Shown: piece by piece, positions 55,920-64,000 of the stretch
How the letters are laid out: every line of letters starts with the position of its first letter
Numbering within the stretch: position 1 is the stretch's first letter
NCBI GenBank assembly: GCA_963827755.1
Contig: CAWHCQ010000037.1
Location: 1-64,000, forward strand
Origin: an uncultured Gammaproteobacteria bacterium
GTDB lineage: Bacteria; Pseudomonadota; Gammaproteobacteria; UBA9214
Length of the DNA stretch: 64,000 nucleotides
Reading direction: 5' to 3'
Made by a program: the position numbers and the translations under genes
The notes under the pieces: generated by a model
Databases searched by the model: none
What the model was told of the DNA's origin: nothing
Seen by the model: the letters and a program-made list of their open reading frames with translations, nothing else

Positions 55920-57173
55920 ATGCCCGAGATACGCAATTTCACTCTTAATTTCGGCCCGCAGCATCCGGCTGCGCACGGCGTATTGCGCCTCGTGCTGGAA
56001 ATGGATGGCGAGGTCATCGAGCGGGCAGATCCGCATATCGGCCTGCTGCACCGCGGCACGGAAAAACTTGCCGAGAGCAAACCCTTTAACCAGAGTATCG
56101 GTTACATGGACCGTCTCGATTACGTCTCCATGATGTGCAACGAGCATGGTTATGTGCTGGCCATGGAAAAACTGCTCGGCATCGAGGCACCCATACGTGC
56201 GCAGTACATCCGTGTCATGTTCGATGAAATCACCCGCATCCTCAATCACCTGTTATGGCTGGGTGCGCACGGTCTCGATATCGGTGCCATGACCATTTTC
56301 CTGTATGCCTTCCGCGAACGTGAAGACCTGATGGATCTCTACGAGGCGGTTTCCGGCACGCGCATGCACGCAACCTATTACCGTCCGGGTGGTGTGTACC
56401 GGGATTTGCCGGAGAGCATGCCGAAGTACGAGGCCTCCAAATGGCACAGCCAGAAAGAGGTCGATCGCAAGAACGAAGACCGCCAGGGGTCGATGCTGGA
56501 TTTTATCGAGGCCTTTACCGAACGCTTCCCGGGCTGTGTGGATGAATACGAAACCCTGCTGACGGATAATCGCATCTGGAAACAGCGCACCGTGGGCATT
56601 GCCGTGGTGTCCCCGGAACGTGCCATGCAGCTCGGCTTCACCGGCCCGATGTTAAGGGGCTCCGGTGTCGAATGGGACCTGCGCAGGAAGCAGCCCTACG
56701 AGGTCTATGACCGGTTGAAATTCGATATCCCGGTAGGGGTCACCGGCGATTGCTATGACCGTTACCTGGTACGCATTGAGGAACTGCGCCAGTCGAACCG
56801 CATCATCAGGCAGTGCGTCGACTGGTTGCGCAGGAATCCGGGGCCGGTGATGCTCGATGACCGCAAGGTCACGCCGCCGCGCCGGGAAGAGATGAAGGCC
56901 GACATGGAATCGCTGATTCAGCATTTCAAACTGTTTACCGAGGGCTTTTGCATTCCCGAGGGCGAGGCCTATGCAGCTGTCGAGCATCCGAAGGGCGAGT
57001 TTGGCGTGTACCTGGTTTCTGACGGGGCCAACAAGCCGTACCGCCTGAAGGTGCGTGCTCCCGGTTTTGCGCACCTCGCGGCGCTTGATGAAATGGTGCG
57101 CGGCCACATGCTTGCGGACGTGGTTGCCGTCATCGGCACACAGGACATTGTGTTCGGGGAGATTGACCGCTAA
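55920..57173 (+). CDS. nuoD: NADH-quinone oxidoreductase subunit D
   Basis: [15 protein letters not shown]; GLLHRGTEK; DIVFGEIDR. Confidence 0.97.
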   Translation: MPEIRNFTLNFGPQHPAAHGVLRLVLEMDGEVIERADPHIGLLHRGTEKLAESKPFNQSIGYMDRLDYVSMMCNEHGYVLAMEKLLGIEAPIRAQYIRVMFDEITRILNHLLWLGAHGLDIGAMTIFLYAFREREDLMDLYEAVSGTRMHATYYRPGGVYRDLPESMPKYEASKWHSQKEVDRKNEDRQGSMLDFIEAFTERFPGCVDEYETLLTDNRIWKQRTVGIAVVSPERAMQLGFTGPMLRGSGVEWDLRRKQPYEVYDRLKFDIPVGVTGDCYDRYLVRIEELRQSNRIIRQCVDWLRRNPGPVMLDDRKVTPPRREEMKADMESLIQHFKLFTEGFCIPEGEAYAAVEHPKGEFGVYLVSDGANKPYRLKVRAPGFAHLAALDEMVRGHMLADVVAVIGTQDIVFGEIDR

Positions 57174-57682
57174 TGGCAGGTCAGGCACAGGCACGCAAGT
57201 ATGAACTGTTGACGGCCGAGTCCCGTGAGCGGATTGATGGCTGGGTTGCGAAGTACCCGCCCGAGCAGAAGAAATCCGCCGTGCTCAGTGCATTGCAGAT
57301 CGCACAGGAACAGAATGGCGGCTGGGTAAGCAGCGAACTGATGGATGCGGTTGCCGACTATCTCGATATGCAGCCGGTCGAGGTGTACGAGGTATCGACT
57401 TTCTATTCCATGATCGAGATTGAGCCGGTCGGGCGCAACATGGTTGCCCTGTGTACCAACCTGTCCTGCATGTTGTGCGGCGCCGAAACAATCGTGGCGC
57501 ATGTCGAAAGGAAACTCGGCATCAGGCTGGGCGAAACCACGCCGGATGGCCGTATTACACTGAAACTGGAAGAGGAATGCCTGGCCGCCTGTGCCGGCGG
57601 CCCGATGATGACCGTTAACGGCCACTACAAGGAAAACCTCACACCTGAAAAGGTGGATGAGATCCTGGATGCGCTGGAGTAG
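57173..57682 (+). CDS. nuoE: NADH-quinone oxidoreductase subunit E
   Basis: CTNLSC..CLAAC 2Fe-2S motif. Confidence 0.95.
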   Translation: MAGQAQARKYELLTAESRERIDGWVAKYPPEQKKSAVLSALQIAQEQNGGWVSSELMDAVADYLDMQPVEVYEVSTFYSMIEIEPVGRNMVALCTNLSCMLCGAETIVAHVERKLGIRLGETTPDGRITLKLEEECLAACAGGPMMTVNGHYKENLTPEKVDEILDALE

Positions 57683-57685
57683 GAC

Positions 57686-58983
<1,298 letters not shown>

Positions 58984-58987
<4 letters not shown>

Positions 58988-61383
58988 GTGCCCGCCCCGA
59001 AATTCCGCTGGAAGATGCCGTCAATATCGAAATCAACGGCCGGCCCTGCCAGGCGCGCAAGGGTGCGATGATCATCGAGGTCACCGACGCGGCCGGCATC
59101 AGCGTGCCGCGCTTCTGTTACCACAAGAAACTCTCCATCGCGGCCAATTGCCGCATGTGCATGGTTGAAGTCGAGAAGGCGCCGAAGCCCATGCCGGCCT
59201 GCGCCACGCCGGTTGCCGAGGGAATGAAGATCTTCACCACCTCGGATCTCGCGAAAGATGCACAGAAGGCGGTGATGGAATTTCTGCTGATCAACCACCC
59301 GCTGGATTGCCCGATTTGCGACCAGGGCGGTGAATGTGAACTGCAGGACCTGGCGCTGGGTTACGGCAGCGGGGTATCCCGCTTTGCCGAGAACAAGCGT
59401 GTCGTCATTGACAAGAATATCGGTCCGCTGATTGCGACTGACATGACACGTTGCATCCATTGCACGCGGTGCATCCGCATGTTGCGCGAGGTGGCGGGCA
59501 AGATGGAGCTGGGCGCGACCGGGCGCGGCGAGAACATGGAGATCGGTACCTACATCGAGCGATCGATCGAGTCGGAGCTCTCGGGCAATGTCATCGATGT
59601 CTGCCCGGTGGGTGCGCTGACTTCCAAGCCGTTCCGTTTCAAGGCGCGCGCCTGGGAGCTGCAGCAGCATGCATCGGTTGCACCGCATGACTGCATCGGT
59701 TCGAACCTGCAGGTGCACACCCGCCGCGGCAAGGTGATGCGCGTGGTGCCGCGCGAGAACGAGGCCATCAACGAGGTCTGGCTGTCGGACCGCGACCGTT
59801 TCAGCTACGAGGGCCTGTACAGCGATGATCGCCTGGCAACACCGATGCTGAAGGTGGATGGTGAATGGCAGGCCGTTGACTGGGAGACCGGTCTGGAGGC
59901 CGCCGTCGAGGGACTGCGTGCGGTCATCGACGCGCACGGTGCCGGAGAGCTGGGCGTGCTGGTTGCACCCACGGCAACGCTTGAGGAAATGGTGCTGCTG
60001 CAGGCACTGGCGCGCGGAATCGGCGTCAATAATATCGATCACCGCCTGCGCCAGTCCGATTTCACCGACCAGCAGCAGGCCCCGCTCTGCCCGACGCTGG
60101 GCCAGTCACTGGAAGCGCTGGAGGCAGTCGATGCCGCCCTGGTGATCGGCTCCAACACCCGCAAGGATCAGCCTATTGCCGGGCACCGCTTGCGCAAGGC
60201 GGCGCTGGCCGGCGCGAAGGTCATGTTTCTAAACCCCGTGGACTACGAATTCCTGTTCGATGTCCATGCGAAAGCCGTGGTGCCGCCCTCGCAGATGGTC
60301 AAGGTACTCGCGGGTATTGCCGCGTGTTTCCCGGATGCCGCGGGCACGTCGACGGATGAAATCAAGGCATTGGTCGCCGGCGCCGCAGTGGATGATACCC
60401 GGCGTGCCATGGCCGCCGCCCTGAAAGAGGCGGAGCGGGCAACGGTCCTGCTTGGCAGCATCGCCATCGCCCATCCGCAGTATTCAACAATCAAGGCGCT
60501 TGCGGCGCTGATTGCAAGGACAAGCGGTGCCACGCTGGGCATTCTTCCCGAAGCCGCCAATAGCGTTGGCGGCTGGCTGGCCGGTGTGTTGCCCCACCGC
60601 GGGCCGGCCGGCAGTGCGGTCTCGAACGAGGGCATGACGGCGCAGGCCATGCTGCAGTCACCGCGCAAGGGGTACCTGCTGTTCGGTGTCGAACCCGAAT
60701 ACGATTGCGAGGACCCCGCCACGGCAACGGCAGCCATCACTGCGGCCGACTTCGTGGTCTCCATCAGCCCGTACGCCGGTGAAGCCACTCGCGAAGCCGC
60801 GAATGTGATGTTGCCGATCGGCCCGTTTACGGAGACGTCCGGCACTTATGTGAACGCGGAAGGGCGCTGGCAGAGTTTCCAGGGTGTGGCGAGTCCGGTC
60901 GGGGAAAGTCGTCCGGGCTGGAAGGTATTGCGCGTTCTCGGTAACCAGTTTGGTCTCGACGGCTTCGAACAGACCGGCAGTGAACAGATTCGTGATGCCC
61001 TGCGCGAGCAGCTTGGCACACTCAAGCCTGATAATGCGCAGGCCAATGGCCCGGTTGCGCAGGCTGCGGTGATCGATGGCCTGGAACGGATCGGCGATAT
61101 CGCCATCTACTCGGTCGATGCGCTGGTGCGCCGCGCAGGCCCCCTGCAGCAAACCCCGGATGCGGTGAGCGCCGGGCTGCTGCGGATCAATGCAAAACAG
61201 GCGGAGGCATCGGGCGTGCGCGACGGTTATACGCTGATCGTCACCCAGGGTGAGGCGATGGTAACCATGGATGCACAGATCGATGACCGCGTGCCGGATA
61301 ACTGTGTCCGGGTGCAGGCAGGGACGCAGGCCGCCACGGCGCTCGGTGCCAGCTTCGGTCCGGTAAAGATACAAAGGATTTGA
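58984..61383 (+). CDS. nuoG: NADH-quinone oxidoreductase subunit G
   Basis: PRFCYH..CRMC; [14 protein letters not shown]; CIHCTRC. Confidence 0.96.
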
Positions 61384-61397
61384 CGGGAATTGCAGCG

Positions 61398-62531
61398 ATG
61401 ACGGATGCCGCCGTGGAAAAGTATAAATACAAAACGCAGTTGCTGCTGACCCTGCTGGTGACGGTCGTCGTGTGTGCGGCGATGGCTGCGCTCGGCGTGT
61501 ATTTCTGGGAAGAAATAAAGGAAATCACGATTTTATATATCCTCATCAAGATCATCGTCATCGTTGCTCCGTTGATGGGCGCGGTTGCCTACCTGACCTT
61601 TGCCGAGCGCAAGTTCATCGGCTACATGCAGGTGCGCATCGGACCCAATCGCGTCGGGCCGCGCGGCTGGCTGCAGCCGATTGCCGATGCGCTGAAGCTG
61701 CTGATGAAGGAAATCATTGTTCCCGCCAACTCCAGCCGTTTCCTGTTTGTGATTGCGCCGATGCTCTCCATCGCACCGGCACTGGCGGCCTGGGCGGTCC
61801 TGCCGTTTACCGATACGCTGGTGCTGGCCAATATCGATGCCAGCCTTTTGTATATCCTTGCGCTGACATCGATGGGTGTCTACGGCGTCATCATCGCGGG
61901 CTGGGCGTCGAACTCGAAGTACGCCTTTCTCGGCGCCATGCGTTCGGCGGCGCAGATCGTCTCCTATGAGATCGCCATGGGTTTCGCGCTGGTCGGCGTG
62001 TTGATTGCCGGTGGCAGCCTCAACCTGGTCGAGATCGTCGAGGCCCAGCAGGGCAGTGTGCTGCACTGGTTCTGGCTGCCGCTGCTGCCGCTGTTCCTGG
62101 TGTATTTTATTTCCGGTGTCGCCGAAACCAACCGCGCGCCCTTCGATGTCTCGGAAGGCGAGTCCGAGATCGTTGCCGGTTTCCACGTCGAGTATTCCGG
62201 CATGACCTTTGCCGTGTTCTTCCTCGCCGAATACGCCAACATGATCCTGATTGCCGCGCTGGCTGCGCTGATGTTCCTCGGCGGCTGGCTGTCGCCGTTC
62301 CAGGGCACCTGGCTGGAGTCCTGGTTCGAGTGGGTGCCGAACATCTTCTGGCTGCTCGGCAAGACCTCGGTCATGGCCTTCATGTTTCTCTGGTTCCGCG
62401 CCACCTTTCCGCGCTACCGCTATGACCAGATCATGCGCCTGGGCTGGAAGGTATTCATCCCGATCACCATCGTCTGGCTGGTGCTGGAAGGCGCGGCCGT
62501 CGTCATGCACCTTGGCCCGTGGTTCGACTGA
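61398..62531 (+). CDS. nuoH: NADH-quinone oxidoreductase subunit H
   Basis: [18 protein letters not shown]; ETNRAPFD; PRYRYDQ. Confidence 0.95.
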   Translation: MTDAAVEKYKYKTQLLLTLLVTVVVCAAMAALGVYFWEEIKEITILYILIKIIVIVAPLMGAVAYLTFAERKFIGYMQVRIGPNRVGPRGWLQPIADALKLLMKEIIVPANSSRFLFVIAPMLSIAPALAAWAVLPFTDTLVLANIDASLLYILALTSMGVYGVIIAGWASNSKYAFLGAMRSAAQIVSYEIAMGFALVGVLIAGGSLNLVEIVEAQQGSVLHWFWLPLLPLFLVYFISGVAETNRAPFDVSEGESEIVAGFHVEYSGMTFAVFFLAEYANMILIAALAALMFLGGWLSPFQGTWLESWFEWVPNIFWLLGKTSVMAFMFLWFRATFPRYRYDQIMRLGWKVFIPITIVWLVLEGAAVVMHLGPWFD

Positions 62532-62544
62532 GGTAATCCGGATT

Positions 62545-63033
62545 ATGGATAAATTCGTCAACTTCCTGAAAAGCCTGTTTCTTCTCGAGCTGTTCAAGGG
62601 GCTGGGCCTGACCGGCAGGCGCATGTTTTCGCGCAAGATCACGGTGCAGTACCCGGAGGAGAAGACGCCGCAGTCGAACCGTTTCCGCGGCCTGCATGCG
62701 CTGCGACGCTACCCGAACGGCGAGGAACGCTGCATCGCCTGCAAGCTGTGCGAGGCCGTCTGCCCGGCGCTGGCGATCACCATCGAGGCGGAAGAGCGCG
62801 AAGACGGCACGCGGCGCACCACCCGCTACGACATCGATCTGTTCAAGTGCATCTATTGCGGTTTTTGCGAAGAGTCCTGCCCGGTGGATTCCATCGTCGA
62901 GACGCGGGTCTTCGAATACGCCTTCGAGAATCGCGGCGAAAACATCATGACCAAGGAAATGCTGCTGGAGATCGGCGACAGGCACGAGGCACAGATTGCA
63001 GCGGACCGCATGGCGGACGCAACGTACAGGTAA
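62545..63033 (+). CDS. nuoI: NADH-quinone oxidoreductase subunit I
   Basis: [12 protein letters not shown] and [12 protein letters not shown]. Confidence 0.96.
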   Translation: MDKFVNFLKSLFLLELFKGLGLTGRRMFSRKITVQYPEEKTPQSNRFRGLHALRRYPNGEERCIACKLCEAVCPALAITIEAEEREDGTRRTTRYDIDLFKCIYCGFCEESCPVDSIVETRVFEYAFENRGENIMTKEMLLEIGDRHEAQIAADRMADATYR

Positions 63034-63039
63034 TGAGCA

Positions 63040-63648
63040 ATGGATTTTGACCGTTTCATATTCTACGTGTTTGCCGCGATCCTGATCTTCGCGGCGGCAC
63101 GCGTGATCACCATCCGCAACCCGGTGTATGCGGCGCTGCACCTGGTGCTGGCATTTTTCACCAGCGCCTGTCTGTGGATGCTGCTGGAGGCGGAGTTCCT
63201 CGCCATCACGCTGGTGCTGGTCTACGTCGGCGCGGTGATGGTGCTGTTCCTGTTCGTGGTGATGATGCTCGACATCAACCTGTCGCCGCTGCGCGAGGGC
63301 TTTATCAAGTACCTGCCGGTCGGGCTCACCGTGGCGGTATTGATCGTGCTGGAAATGTACCTGGTGGTGCGGGCAAAAAGCATCGGCCTCGAGACCACGG
63401 CAAGCCAGCTGCGCCATCCCGAGGGCTACAGCAATGTCAGGGAACTCGGCGCCGTGCTCTACACCGACTACGTGTATCCGTTCGAGATCGCCGCGGTGAT
63501 CCTGCTGGTTGCCATCATCGCGGCGATCGCGCTGACCATGCGCAAGCGCCCGGAAACAAAGAGCCAGGACCCGGCCGCGCAGATCGCGGTCAAGGCGAAA
63601 GACCGGGTACGCATCGTGGCCATGAAATCGGAAGGGGAGAACTCATGA
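63040..63648 (+). CDS. nuoJ: NADH-quinone oxidoreductase subunit J
   Basis: [21 protein letters not shown]; [10 protein letters not shown]. Confidence 0.95.
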   Translation: MDFDRFIFYVFAAILIFAAARVITIRNPVYAALHLVLAFFTSACLWMLLEAEFLAITLVLVYVGAVMVLFLFVVMMLDINLSPLREGFIKYLPVGLTVAVLIVLEMYLVVRAKSIGLETTASQLRHPEGYSNVRELGAVLYTDYVYPFEIAAVILLVAIIAAIALTMRKRPETKSQDPAAQIAVKAKDRVRIVAMKSEGENS

Positions 63649-63950
63649 TTGGCCTGTCCGATTACCTGGTGCTGGGCGCCATCCTGTTCGGCCTGAGCGT
63701 CGCCGGGATATTCCTCAACCGCAAGAACGTGATTATCCTGCTGATGGCCATCGAGCTGATGCTGCTGGCCGTGAACATGAACTTTATCGCCTTTTCCTAT
63801 TTCCTCAACGACACCGCCGGCCAGGTCTTCGTGTTCTTCATCCTGACGGTCGCCGCGGCCGAGGCCGCCATCGGCCTGGCGATCCTGGTGGTGCTGTTCC
63901 GCAACCGGCAGACCATCAATGTCGATGATCTGGATACCCTGAAGGGCTGA
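63645..63950 (+). CDS. nuoK: NADH-quinone oxidoreductase subunit K
   Basis: IELMLLAVN; [12 protein letters not shown]; terminal LKG. Confidence 0.95.
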   Translation: MIGLSDYLVLGAILFGLSVAGIFLNRKNVIILLMAIELMLLAVNMNFIAFSYFLNDTAGQVFVFFILTVAAAEAAIGLAILVVLFRNRQTINVDDLDTLKG

Positions 63951-63955
63951 TGCCG

Positions 63956-64000
63956 ATGTCCATGGAAAACATCTATCTGGCCATACCGCTGGCGCCGCTG
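63956..64000 (+). CDS. nuoL: NADH-quinone oxidoreductase subunit L, partial
   Basis: MSMENIYLAIPLAPL directly after nuoK; truncated by the window end. Confidence 0.75.
   Translation, partial: MSMENIYLAIPLAPL

Overview
A GC-rich gammaproteobacterial chromosome segment, mostly core genes: smpB-ratA-rnfH-bamE-fur, a stand-alone fusA, recN-nadK-hrcA-grpE-dnaK-dnaJ, dapB, a type IV minor pilin cluster, carAB-greA, rlmE-ftsH-folP-glmM-tpiA-secG-tRNA-Leu and nuoA-L. The main finding is at 2828-3692 on the minus strand. A structurally complete 272-nt group I intron sits at the T-loop position of a tmRNA-type 3' end. It is followed by a terminator, a free-standing LAGLIDADG endonuclease gene outside the intron, and a second, intronless copy of the same 3' end that borders an island-like region with a toxin-antitoxin pair. 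I could not find the tmRNA 5' body anywhere in the window: the intron's 5' flank is only 5 nt of T-loop-like sequence abutting htpX. The window also holds a 169-bp CTAG-flanked MITE, several REP/REPIN families, an MMPL transporter fused to a cNMP-binding domain near a CRP-family gene, and CIRCE and sigma32 sites. Many single-base frameshifts, including in dnaK and carA, suggest indel-prone sequencing rather than true pseudogenes.
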